Below are positions 47,615-56,905 of a stretch of DNA of 64,000 nucleotides, one piece after another. Location: the NCBI GenBank assembly GCA_041640655.1, contig JBEPZV010000001.1, forward strand, positions 128,001 to 192,000, read 5' to 3'. The position numbers were made by a program, and so were the translations under genes. The notes below the pieces were generated by a model. The model was not told the DNA's origin, made no database searches, and was given only the letters and a program-made list of their open reading frames with translations. Source of the stretch: a bacterium. Its GTDB lineage: Bacteria; Acidobacteriota; Blastocatellia; HR10. The first letter of the stretch is position 1. Each line of letters opens with the position of its first letter.

Positions 47615-49767
47615 GAGAGGAGAGCCTCTTGATGGTTCACCAGCAGGAGCCGCTTGGTCAGAGCGAGCCCGCTCGGGAATACTCCTGCGCTGTGGATACG
47701 GGGGGGACGTTCACCGACTGCGTCGTCGGCGATTCGGAGGGGAATCTGGTCTTCGCCAAGAGCCCCTCGACGCCGCACGATTTTTCGGCGGGCTTCTTCG
47801 CCGCACTCGCCCTGGCGGCGGAGCAGCTTGGGCTCACGCTCACCGAACTGATGGCGCGCACGCGACGGCTCATGCACGGGACGACGGTGGGCACCAACGC
47901 CATGGTGGAGCTCAAAGGGGCGCGCGTGGGGTTGATCACGACGCGGGGGCATGGGGATGCCATCCTCATCATGCGCTCGGTGGGCCGCTCGGCGGGATTG
48001 CCGATCGAGCGGTTGCTGCATGTCTCCCGTCATCAGAAACCCCGGCCCCTCGTCCCCCGCCACCTCATTCGCGAGGTGAGCGAACGCGTGGACTGGCGCG
48101 GCGAGGTCATCGTGCCTCTGAATCGAGAAGAGGCGCGTCGCGCCATCGAGGAGTTGCTGGAGCAGAAGGTCGAGGCCATCGCCATCGCCTTCCTCTGGGG
48201 ATTCGTGAATCCCATCCACGAGCGCGAGGTTCGCCGCATGGTCGAGGAGATAGCGCCCGACCTCTTCGTCACCTGCGCGCACGAGTTGATCGCGAAGCCG
48301 GGCGAGTATGAGCGGACGGCGGCGACCGTGATCAATTGTTTCATCGGGCCGAAGACGACGCAGTACATCCGCCGGGTGGAAGAGCGGGCTCGCGCGCTCG
48401 GCTGCACGGCTCCCCTCCTCATCATGCAAGCATCAGGTGGCGTCGCGCCGGCCCGGGAGATCCTGCGCGCGCCGTTGTTCACCATCGGCTCGGGGCCGGC
48501 AGGGGGCTTGATGGGATGCCAGTTCCTGGCCGAGACCCTCGGACATCCCCACGTCATCGCCACGGACATGGGGGGGACGAGCTTCGACGTCGGCCTCATC
48601 GTGGACGGGATGCCGCTGTCGGCGTCCGAGACCACACTCGAGCAGTACACCTTCTTCATGCCTCGCTTGGACATCCTCTCCATCGGCGCGGGCGGAGGAT
48701 CCATCATCTGGATCGATGAGCGGAGCGGAACCCTGAAAGTCGGTCCGGAATCAGCGGGGGCAGACCCGGGACCCGCCTGCTACGGACGCGGAGGCACACG
48801 ACCCACGGTGACCGATGCGGACCTCATCCTCGGCTATTACAATCCGGAGTTCTTCCTGGGGGGGAGGCTGACGCTCAATCCTGAAGCGGCTCACCACGCG
48901 ATGCGCACGGTCGCCGACCCCCTCGGGTTGGACATCACCGAGGCGGCCGACGGAGCCACGCGGATCGTTGAGATGCAGATGGCCGATCTCATCCGGCAGA
49001 TGACCATCCAGCGGGGATACGATCCGCGCGATTTCGTCATCTACGCCTACGGCGGAGCCGCCGGCGCCCATGCGGCTGTCTACGCGCGGGAGTTGGGATG
49101 CCGCACGGTCGTCATCCCGCGCGGAGTCCTGGCCGCCACCTGGTCGGCCTTCGGGATCCTCTCGACGGATGTCCAGCACGTCTTCGAGAGATCGGAGCTG
49201 CTCATCGCACCCCTGGATGCGACGCGCGTCACGGAGATCTTCCTCGAGCTGGAAGAGCGAGCCCGCCGACAATTGTGCGAGGAGGGGGTGGCCGAGGATC
49301 AGATCCTCCTGCGCCGCTTCGCGGAGATGAAGTTCCGACTGCAGATCCATCGCGTCGAGATCCCCGTCCCCGGTGGGATTCTGACCGATCAGGACATGCG
49401 CGATCTGGAGCAGGCATTCGTACAAAAGTACGAGACGCTCTATGGACGCGGATCGGCATTCACGGCGGCGGGCATGGAGATCGGCCTGCTGCGCGTGGTG
49501 GCGCTCGGGCGCATCGCTCGCGGGCCGTTGAAGCAGCTCTCCACCGAGCACCGCAGCGGATGGACGCCCGTCGGACGGCGCCAGGTCTACTGGCGGGAAC
49601 TCGGACGACGGATTCAAACGCCCATCTTCTCCGGGGAAGGGATCCCCCCTGAGACATCTCTGGAGGGTCCGGCGATCGTCGAACTGCCCGTGACGACCAT
49701 CGTCGTCCGCCCGGGCGACCGCCTCACCACCGATGCATATGGGAATTTCATCCTCACCCTCCCCTGA
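47611..49767 (+). CDS. Hydantoinase A/oxoprolinase family (acetone/acetophenone carboxylase ATP-binding subunit-like)
   Basis: DTGGTFTD, HGTTVGTN, SGPAGG, DMGGTSFD, GAGGGSI, SAGADPGPACYGRGG, YGGAAG. Confidence 0.92.
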   Translation: MREESLLMVHQQEPLGQSEPAREYSCAVDTGGTFTDCVVGDSEGNLVFAKSPSTPHDFSAGFFAALALAAEQLGLTLTELMARTRRLMHGTTVGTNAMVELKGARVGLITTRGHGDAILIMRSVGRSAGLPIERLLHVSRHQKPRPLVPRHLIREVSERVDWRGEVIVPLNREEARRAIEELLEQKVEAIAIAFLWGFVNPIHEREVRRMVEEIAPDLFVTCAHELIAKPGEYERTAATVINCFIGPKTTQYIRRVEERARALGCTAPLLIMQASGGVAPAREILRAPLFTIGSGPAGGLMGCQFLAETLGHPHVIATDMGGTSFDVGLIVDGMPLSASETTLEQYTFFMPRLDILSIGAGGGSIIWIDERSGTLKVGPESAGADPGPACYGRGGTRPTVTDADLILGYYNPEFFLGGRLTLNPEAAHHAMRTVADPLGLDITEAADGATRIVEMQMADLIRQMTIQRGYDPRDFVIYAYGGAAGAHAAVYARELGCRTVVIPRGVLAATWSAFGILSTDVQHVFERSELLIAPLDATRVTEIFLELEERARRQLCEEGVAEDQILLRRFAEMKFRLQIHRVEIPVPGGILTDQDMRDLEQAFVQKYETLYGRGSAFTAAGMEIGLLRVVALGRIARGPLKQLSTEHRSGWTPVGRRQVYWRELGRRIQTPIFSGEGIPPETSLEGPAIVELPVTTIVVRPGDRLTTDAYGNFILTLP

Positions 49768-49799
49768 GCAGGGGGCTATCCCTTCGGAGGAGGACGACT

Positions 49800-52064
49800 A
49801 TGTCATCCATCGCGTGGGACGGCCGGCAATACCCCTACGTCTATGGCCGAGAGCTGAAGATCGCTCCCGGCCTGAAACTCCACACGGAGGCGGTCGAGCG
49901 TATAGACCCGATCACCTACGAGGTCATCCGCCACGCCCTCTGGAATATCAACGTCGAACACGGGCTGACCATCATGAAGATCTCCGGCTCCCCCATCTGC
50001 GCCTACGGGCATGACTTCAATCCCTGCCTCCTTGACGAGAAGGGGGATTTCGTCTTCTTCGGCCCGTTCCTTCAGTATCTCTCCTCGGCGACCAGCTCGG
50101 CGGTGAAGTGGACGCTGGAGTATCGCTCGGAGAATCCGGGGATCGAGGAGGACGACATCTTCTTGACGAACGATCCGTGGATCGGCGCGACCCATCAATC
50201 GGATGTGACGTTGATCGCGCCCGTCTTCTGGGAGGGGGAGCTGTTCTGCTGGGTGGGGAATACGCTGCACCAGTGGGATTTAGGGGGGACATCGCCCGGA
50301 GGGTTCAATCCCATGGCCCCCGATGTCTATTGGGAGGCCGGATGCATCCCCCCGATCAAGATCGTCGAACGCGGACGCTTGCGGCGCGATCTGGAGGAAG
50401 AGTACATCCGCCGGTCGCGAATGCCGGAACTGGTGGCCCTGGATCTGCGCGCGGAGATCGCCGGCTGCCACGTCGCCCGCGAGCGCATCAAACAGTTGCT
50501 CGCGCGATACGGAGCCGCGACCGTCAAGGGCGTCATGCGCAAGCTTCAGGAGGATTCGGAGCGCGCCTTCGTGCGACGCTTGGCGACCATCCCCGATGGG
50601 ACGTGGCGCGAGGTCGGATGGGTGGAGTGGGCGCACCCGGGCGATCGGCGCGTGTACCGGAATTGCCTGACGCTCACCAAGCGCGGCGATCAGTTGATCT
50701 TCTCCAACGAGGGGACTGACCCACAAGCCGGCACGCTCAATTGCACGCTCGTCGCCTGGAGGGGGGCCATCATGGCCATGGTCTCGGCGCAACTGCTCTT
50801 CGATCAGATGTTCGTCGTCGAAGGCGCCTATCGGCATGTCCAGTTCCAGGTGCAGCCGGGGACGCTCACGTGCGCGCTCTTTCCGGCCGCGGTGAGCGCT
50901 GCCCCCGCGCTCACGCTCCTTCAGACGATCGCCCTCTCGGGACTCGTGATCTCCAAGATGCTCGCCTGTTCGGACGATCCCGAGTTGCGGATGGAAGTCC
51001 AAAGCTGCATGGGCGCACCCATGTATCCGATCGCGGCCGTGAGCGGCCTCAATCAGCGGGGATCGCCCTACGTCTCCTTCCTGCTCGATCCGGTGGGAGC
51101 CGCCCTGGCCGGACTCTCCTGGCGAGATGGCGTGGATACGGGCGGCTGGCCCTGGGATCTGCAAAGCACCATGCCCAATGTCGAGGAGAACGAGTGGTTC
51201 TATCCGATCCTCTACCTCTGGCGTCGCGAGCTGCCCGATTCAGGCGGAGCGGGAATGTTCCGCGGTGGGAACGCCGCCGAATTGGCCTTCCTCCCTCATG
51301 GGACGGAACGCATCACGCTCTTCACCGCGACCGGACATTGCGCCGTCCCGGGACCGGGGCTGTTCGGCGGCTTCCCCACTTCGACGACGCGGTATGCCCT
51401 TGTTCGCAACACTCGCGCGCGATCACTCTTGTCCGCCGGACACGTGCCAGATCGCCTGGAGGTTCTCGGAGGACATGTGGAATATCTCCCGCCCAAGGCC
51501 TTCGACATCGTTCAGAATCCCGACGACGTCTTCATCATGTCCTGGGCCTCAGCGGGCGGCTACGGGGATCCGTTGCGGCGCGATCCTGAGCGCGTGGCCG
51601 AGGACTATCGCGAAGGGCGCTTGACCCGGGAGTGGGCGCAACGAGCCTATGGGGTCGTGCTCGATGAGACCGGAGCTGTCCTCGCGCCGGAGACGGAGCA
51701 GCTGCGCCAGCAGATGCGCCGGCATCGTATAGGAGCCGAGCCGAAGCCGCAAACGGCTCCTGATGAACCCGAGGCGCGCCTCTTGGCTGAAGGTCTGAAA
51801 CTCGTCGGGGGATGGATCCGCTGCCGGTATTGCGATCATCCCCTCTCACCCCCGACGGAGAACTATAAGCGCCACTGCCTCCGAAAAAGCCTCTCCATTC
51901 AGGACGCGAACCCGCATATCCGCGATCCGAAGCTCTACATCGAAGAGACTCTGGAGTGGCGCCACTTCTACTGCCCGGGATGCGGCGCGCTCCTTCAGAC
52001 GGAATTGGCGCGACCTTCGGATCCTCCCCTCTGGGACCTGCAGCTTGATCTCGGCGCGAAGTGA
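49800..52064 (+). CDS. Hydantoinase B/oxoprolinase family fused to an acetone-carboxylase gamma-like Zn domain
   Basis: DPITYEVI, NDPWIGATHQSD, DSGGAGMFRGG, GGYGDPL; C-terminal CRYC..HFYCPGCG. Confidence 0.9.
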   Translation: MSSIAWDGRQYPYVYGRELKIAPGLKLHTEAVERIDPITYEVIRHALWNINVEHGLTIMKISGSPICAYGHDFNPCLLDEKGDFVFFGPFLQYLSSATSSAVKWTLEYRSENPGIEEDDIFLTNDPWIGATHQSDVTLIAPVFWEGELFCWVGNTLHQWDLGGTSPGGFNPMAPDVYWEAGCIPPIKIVERGRLRRDLEEEYIRRSRMPELVALDLRAEIAGCHVARERIKQLLARYGAATVKGVMRKLQEDSERAFVRRLATIPDGTWREVGWVEWAHPGDRRVYRNCLTLTKRGDQLIFSNEGTDPQAGTLNCTLVAWRGAIMAMVSAQLLFDQMFVVEGAYRHVQFQVQPGTLTCALFPAAVSAAPALTLLQTIALSGLVISKMLACSDDPELRMEVQSCMGAPMYPIAAVSGLNQRGSPYVSFLLDPVGAALAGLSWRDGVDTGGWPWDLQSTMPNVEENEWFYPILYLWRRELPDSGGAGMFRGGNAAELAFLPHGTERITLFTATGHCAVPGPGLFGGFPTSTTRYALVRNTRARSLLSAGHVPDRLEVLGGHVEYLPPKAFDIVQNPDDVFIMSWASAGGYGDPLRRDPERVAEDYREGRLTREWAQRAYGVVLDETGAVLAPETEQLRQQMRRHRIGAEPKPQTAPDEPEARLLAEGLKLVGGWIRCRYCDHPLSPPTENYKRHCLRKSLSIQDANPHIRDPKLYIEETLEWRHFYCPGCGALLQTELARPSDPPLWDLQLDLGAK

Positions 52065-52096
52065 CCGCCCGACCTTCGCCGACAAGGAGACCGACG

Positions 52097-52441
52097 ATGA
52101 GGAAAATCGGGGAAGGGGAGCCGACGTCCGGACACGGCGCCGTCGGCATCTTGCGCAAAGTCGAAACCTTGGAGGACGTCCTGCGGTTGATGGAGATCGA
52201 TCTCTCGGAGACGATCGTCTTCACTCCCTCGGCCTCGGTGACGGCCATCACGCCGATCCTTCCCAAGATCCGAGGGCTCATCTGCGCTTCCGGAGGCTTC
52301 ACGTCGCATCTGGCGATCGTCGCCCGGGAGTTCGATCTGCCGTGCCTGATGGGAAGCCACCTCGAGGAGGTGAGCGCCCTCGAAGGACGTCGCGTGCGAT
52401 TCACGGCCCAAGGGGAGATCTTTCTCGAGGACGATGTCTGA
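52097..52441 (+). CDS. Stand-alone PEP-utilising mobile (phosphohistidine) domain
   Basis: GLICASGGFTSHLAIVAREFDLPC; AAGGAG RBS. Confidence 0.88.
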   Translation: MRKIGEGEPTSGHGAVGILRKVETLEDVLRLMEIDLSETIVFTPSASVTAITPILPKIRGLICASGGFTSHLAIVAREFDLPCLMGSHLEEVSALEGRRVRFTAQGEIFLEDDV

Positions 52442-53312
52442 ACGGCGCCCGAAGATTTACCTGAATCTGAGCTTCCCCCAATTGGCCGCTCGGTACGCGC
52501 ATCTTCCCGCCGATGGCGTCGGGCTCTTGCGCGCCGAATTCCTCGCCCTCTCGCTGGGTGTCCATCCGAAGCAGCTCCTCGCCGAAGGGGGGGCGGAGAC
52601 CTTCATCCGAGCCTTCGCCGAGGGAGTGATCGAGGTCGCGCGCCAGTTCTGGCCCCGACCGGTCACCTATCGCGCGCTCGACCTGAAATCGAACGAATAT
52701 CGCGGCCTGCGCGGAGGCCAGCAGCTCGAGGAGCCGGAAGAGAACCCCGCGCTCGGTCTGCGCGGATGCCGCCGCTATCTGGATGATCCGGAGCTCCTCC
52801 GCCTCCAAGCGCGCGCCGTACGAAGCGTCCATGAGGCCGGATGGACCAACGTGCGCCTGATGCTCCCCTTCGTGCGCACCGTGTCGGAGGTCCTCGCCTG
52901 CCGCGAGATCCTTCAGCAGGAGGGGCTCTTCGAGAGAGGTATCCCCCTCTGGATCATGGTCGAAGTGCCCTCGGTCGTCTTCCTCATCGAACGATTCCTC
53001 CCGTTGGTGGACGGCGTCTCCATCGGAACCAACGATCTCACGCAGCTCATCCTCGGCGTGGATCGAGATAACCCGCGATTGATCCCCCTGTGGGATGAGC
53101 GCGACGACGCCATCATGCGCGCTATCGAATGGGTCGCGCGCGCATGCCGGGAGAGCGCCCTGGAGTGCTGCGTCTGCGGCGATGCCCCCTCGCGACGCCC
53201 GGAGCTGATCCCCCAGCTGCTGCAACTGGGCCTCACGGCCCTCTCGGTCTCCCCCGAGGCCTTTGAGCGAACGCTTCGAATCGTGCGCGAGAGAGAGCCC
53301 GGCTCAGGGTGA
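52434..53312 (+). CDS. Stand-alone PEP-binding TIM-barrel domain (PEP synthase/Enzyme I C-terminal type)
   Basis: DGVGLLRAEF, EENPALGLRGCR, MVEVPS, SIGTNDLTQ, VCGD. Confidence 0.92.
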   Translation: MSERRPKIYLNLSFPQLAARYAHLPADGVGLLRAEFLALSLGVHPKQLLAEGGAETFIRAFAEGVIEVARQFWPRPVTYRALDLKSNEYRGLRGGQQLEEPEENPALGLRGCRRYLDDPELLRLQARAVRSVHEAGWTNVRLMLPFVRTVSEVLACREILQQEGLFERGIPLWIMVEVPSVVFLIERFLPLVDGVSIGTNDLTQLILGVDRDNPRLIPLWDERDDAIMRAIEWVARACRESALECCVCGDAPSRRPELIPQLLQLGLTALSVSPEAFERTLRIVREREPGSG

Positions 53313-53964
53313 GCCGCTAGCGTACGTCGCTCGCCCAGAGCCGCGAGCCTTCTTGCTCCCATCACCCTCCCCGGGTTCCCCACCCTATCCCCCATCGCCA
53401 CGATTTCCGCCTCATCTCAGTCCGTGCGGGGACGTCCGCTGCTGCTCTCGCTCTTGTTTCGTCCGTCGGCCCGCCGGATCCCCGGTCACCTCTCCATCCC
53501 CTCTGAATCCGACGCCTTTCAGGAACCGCCGCTGTGCCGGAAGCCACGACAGGCTCGATCGCGCATCATCGGGCGAAAATCCCTATATCCACATGAGCCT
53601 CCGCACGCTCATACCCGAAGCAGACGGCATCGGAACGTAGATCCCAGGTCGACCGCCTCGCCCACAACCTGCGAGGCAGCTCCCGCAGCAGATGCCTCAG
53701 CCTTCGACCATATCGGGGGCATCGGGTTTGGGCCGCGTCCTCCGACAGGCGAAGCGCGCTCCCCATCCCACATCGGGGGGAGGGAGTCGGTCCGAGGATC
53801 CGCTCTTCGGGCTTTAAAACGAGCTTCGGTATGCCTTATGATTGATCTTCCACAGGAGCGAGCACGATGTGTGAGCTGGACATGGAGAGAATGGCTCAGC
53901 GTGGGCATCCTGTGATCGGCGCGCGCTTCGCTCCGAGCGCGCTCTCTCAATAGGGAGGATCGCG

Positions 53965-55215
53965 ATGGCCTTCACCATGAAGGATCTCCACGATTTGATT
54001 CGGATCTTGGAGAAGCATCCGGAGTGGCGCACGGAACTGCGGCGGCTCCTTCTGACCGATCAGCTGCTGGAGCTGCCCGTCATCGTTCGCGAGTTGGCCG
54101 AAGCACAGCGACGAACGGAGGAACGCGTGGAGGCGTTGGCCGAGGCGCAGCGGCGGACGGAAGAACAGGTGCGGGCCTTGACGCAGCAGGTGCAGGCCTT
54201 GGCCGAGGCGCAACGGCGGACGGAGGAGCGGGTCAGTCGGGTGGAGGAAGAGCTGGCCAAGTTGGCCGAAGCGCAACGGCGGACGGAAGAACAGGTGCGG
54301 GCCTTGACGCAGCAGGTGCAGGCCTTGGCCGAGGCGCAACAGCGGACGGAGGAGCGGGTCAGTCGGGTGGAGGAAGAGCTGGCCAAGTTGGCCGAAGCGC
54401 AACGGCGGACGGAAGAACAGGTGCGGGCCTTGACGCAGCAGGTGCAGGCCTTGGCCGAGGCGCAACAGCGGACGGAGGAGCGGGTCAGTCGGGTGGAGGA
54501 AGAGCTGGCCAAGTTGGCCGAAGCGCAACGGCGGACGGAAGAACAGGTCCGGGCCTTGACCGAGGCGCAGCGACGAACGGAAGAACAGGTGCGAGCCTTG
54601 ACTGAAGCGCAGCGGCGGACGGAGGAGCAGGTGCAAGCCTTGACCGAAGCGCAGCGGCGGATCGAACAGCAAGTCGCCGATCTGGTGGCCGCTCAACAGC
54701 GCACCGAGCGCACCTTGCAACGCCTCCTCGAATGGCAACAGGGCGAAGCGGGACGGCGCGAGGGCGAGCGATACGAGCGGCGCATCGTGGTGCGCGCGCC
54801 CAACCTGTTCTTCGGTGGCGAGGGCGGTGCACCCGGGGAGCCGGATGTGCGTCGTCAACTCAGCCGGTGGCTTCACCCGTTCTATCGAGAGGGTCGAGCC
54901 CCGGATCCCCCCGCCGATCCTCTCCTGGCCGACCTCATTTGGTGGAAAGGAGAGGAAGTGTTCGTCGTGGAGGTGTCGCAGAAAGTGGACCCTCAGGACA
55001 TCCACCGCGCCCGTCAACGAGCCGATACCTTGCGCGAAGCGGGCGTGAACGCCACACCGGCTGTGATCGGCGAGGAGTGGGCGACGCCGGAGTCACAGGC
55101 GCTGGCCCAACAGGAATCGGTGGAATGGTTGGTCGGCGGAGGCCTTTCCCAGGGGTTCCTGCGCTTCCGCCGCCTGTCAGCCGAGACGCTGGAAAATCCC
55201 CCACGCGAAGGATGA
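53965..55215 (+). CDS. Heptad-repeat coiled-coil protein with a C-terminal PD-(D/E)xK-like domain
   Basis: LEKHPEWRTELRR N-terminus; LAEAQRRTEE repeats; ADLIW..VVEVS..DIHRA. Confidence 0.8.
   Translation: MAFTMKDLHDLIRILEKHPEWRTELRRLLLTDQLLELPVIVRELAEAQRRTEERVEALAEAQRRTEEQVRALTQQVQALAEAQRRTEERVSRVEEELAKLAEAQRRTEEQVRALTQQVQALAEAQQRTEERVSRVEEELAKLAEAQRRTEEQVRALTQQVQALAEAQQRTEERVSRVEEELAKLAEAQRRTEEQVRALTEAQRRTEEQVRALTEAQRRTEEQVQALTEAQRRIEQQVADLVAAQQRTERTLQRLLEWQQGEAGRREGERYERRIVVRAPNLFFGGEGGAPGEPDVRRQLSRWLHPFYREGRAPDPPADPLLADLIWWKGEEVFVVEVSQKVDPQDIHRARQRADTLREAGVNATPAVIGEEWATPESQALAQQESVEWLVGGGLSQGFLRFRRLSAETLENPPREG
54136..54513 (+). repeat. Three near-identical 126-bp tandem repeats (42 aa), flanked by 42-bp subunits
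   Basis: Units start at 54136, 54262 and 54388. Confidence 0.92.
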
Positions 55216-55449
55216 GCCCCAAAACTCGCGCCGCCAAACCCTGAGACCCGGCGGAGCAGTCATCCCCGTGGCAACCCGGTGACCTCTCTCGCTCGCGCAT
55301 CCTCCCCTCACGATCCAGGTCAGGCGTTGAATTCGGCTTCACTCGAATGGAGTCCGGATGCCTGCCCTGGCACGTGCTGCGCCTCTTCTCCATCCCTGCC
55401 TCTTCGTCCACGGCCCTGAGGGGTTCCTCTCACACCCGGAGCGCGACGC

Positions 55450-55662
55450 TTGATCTCAACGATGGATCGAGCCCTCTCAGCCTCTCCCCCTTCCGGAGCG
55501 AACCCGCGCTGTCGGGAGATCGCTATGCGTCCTGAAAATGTCAATAGGTATCTCCGGCACATAGCAGAAGAGCATGCGGCGGTTCTGGCGAGCGGTGCGA
55601 TTATACGCGTGACTGAAGTGCGTATCCAGATTCGCACTCTCCCCTTGCGAACAGAGGAGTAG
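55450..55662 (+). pseudogene. 3' remnant of a DUF5615 PIN-like toxin gene
   Basis: MRPENVNRYLRHIAEEH..GAIIRVTEVRIQIRTLP resembles the DUF5615 C-terminus; N-terminal catalytic part absent. Confidence 0.6.
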
Positions 55663-55678
55663 TCGCCATGGCGCAGAA

Positions 55679-55736
55679 GCCTAACACTCGCTCCAGCCGA
55701 CCCGCCGCGGCAGGCGGCTGAGCCTGGTCGTTAGGC
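55679..55736 (+). mobile_element. Integron attC recombination site (solitary)
   Basis: R'' GCCTAAC, L'' GCTCCAGC, L' GCTGAGC, R' GTTAGGC; 58 bp; extra unpaired base in L''. Confidence 0.78.
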
Positions 55737-55872
55737 GGCATTCCGGGTGCCAAAGGAGGAGCGCGATGAACCATCCACGGCAATCGGTGATGGACATTTG
55801 GATCATACGGGTTGGAATCCGGCGAATCACAAGAGTTGTCGGGTTCTAGAAAATCTCACGAAAGGAGGGAGT

Positions 55873-56508
55873 ATGCGACGGAGAACGTTTCACTCGATGA
55901 CGAAAGTGGGGGCGATGATCGCGCTCATGGGGATGTATGCTTGGGGTGTGGAGGCCCGTCTCTCCCAAGCGCCGCCCGTCCAGGATTCACGCCTGGAGCC
56001 GGCGCTCCAGCAAGCCCGGCAGGTGGCCAATGAGTTGGCCGACACAGTTCGCCGCCTGCTGTTCAAAGAGCTGGAGAAAGGAGGATATGCTGATGCGGTG
56101 CGCGTTTGCTCGGAAGTGGCCCAGGACATCCCGCGCGAGTTCACCGCTCGCACCGGTCATTCTGTTCGCCGCGTGAGCCTCGGCTATCGCAATCCCAAGG
56201 ATGTGCCCGATGACTATGAGCGGCAGAAGCTCGAAGAATTCGACCGCCTCAATCGGGGGAAGAAGCTAGAGAACGATTACTTTGAGGTTGTGAAAGAAGG
56301 CGAGCGTGAGTATCTCCGTTATCTCAAGCCACTCATTGCCGGGCCGATGTGTCTCACCTGTCACGGCGAGACGGCGAACATCCCGCCGGAGGTGAGGGCG
56401 ATTCTCGCTGAGAAGTACCCTGAGGACCGAGCGACCGGCTATCACACGGGCGACGTGCGCGGAGCTATCAGTGTGAAGATCGCCTTGCCGCCGGGCAAGC
56501 CTCAATGA
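55873..56508 (+). CDS. Tll0287/DUF3365-like c-type heme protein
   Basis: Signal peptide, AVRVC, RRVS..RNP, CLTCH, YPEDRATGY..GDVRGAISV. Confidence 0.88.
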   Translation: MRRRTFHSMTKVGAMIALMGMYAWGVEARLSQAPPVQDSRLEPALQQARQVANELADTVRRLLFKELEKGGYADAVRVCSEVAQDIPREFTARTGHSVRRVSLGYRNPKDVPDDYERQKLEEFDRLNRGKKLENDYFEVVKEGEREYLRYLKPLIAGPMCLTCHGETANIPPEVRAILAEKYPEDRATGYHTGDVRGAISVKIALPPGKPQ

Positions 56509-56525
56509 TGTCTGGAGGAAGATGA

Positions 56526-56735
56526 ATGGTGACCAAAGAGACGCTCATTGAAGACATCGTCAGCCAGCACCCGGAGTCGGTGCGGTTTTTGTTCGAGAAG
56601 GGAATCAAGTGCATCGAGTGCGGCGAGCCGGCGTGGGGAACGCTGGAGGAAAACGCGCGGCGGAAAGGTCTGGATGAGGCGGCAATTGAGCGCCTCGTCC
56701 AGGAGTTGAATCAGTGGCTGGTTGAACACCCGTGA
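56526..56735 (+). CDS. DUF1858 small redox-disulfide domain protein
   Basis: TKETLIEDIV..HP..GIKCIECG..TLE. Confidence 0.8.
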   Translation: MVTKETLIEDIVSQHPESVRFLFEKGIKCIECGEPAWGTLEENARRKGLDEAAIERLVQELNQWLVEHP

Positions 56736-56905
56736 CGCTGCTTGGTGAAAGTATCACCCGTGTCCAGCTTCACCAGGACTGTCGGCTGATTCGGCAGTTG
56801 ATAGACGATGTAGCGGAAGCCGGTTGCCACGTGACAGCCGTTACAGAAATTGACCATGTTGGTGAAATTGGTCTGGAAAGCGTTGAAACCCTGGTTGACG
56901 ATGCC
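56735..56905 (-). pseudogene. C-terminal fragment of a c-type cytochrome-like gene
   Basis: FNAFQTNFTNMVNFCNGCHVATGFRYI (CxxCH); no plausible start or N-terminus. Confidence 0.5.

Noticed and set aside
53313..53964. ORFs or an ncRNA in the 650-nt gap after the catabolic run
   Set aside because: No recognisable protein, tRNA or RNA motif by eye; only a weak promoter-like AT patch near 53813-53842.
53947..55017. Repetitive minus-strand ORF
   Set aside because: Shadow of the coiled-coil repeat gene.
55326..55332. Second attC ending in CAGGC-GTTGAAT
   Set aside because: No complementary RYYYAAC or L boxes upstream; at most a cassette core-site remnant.
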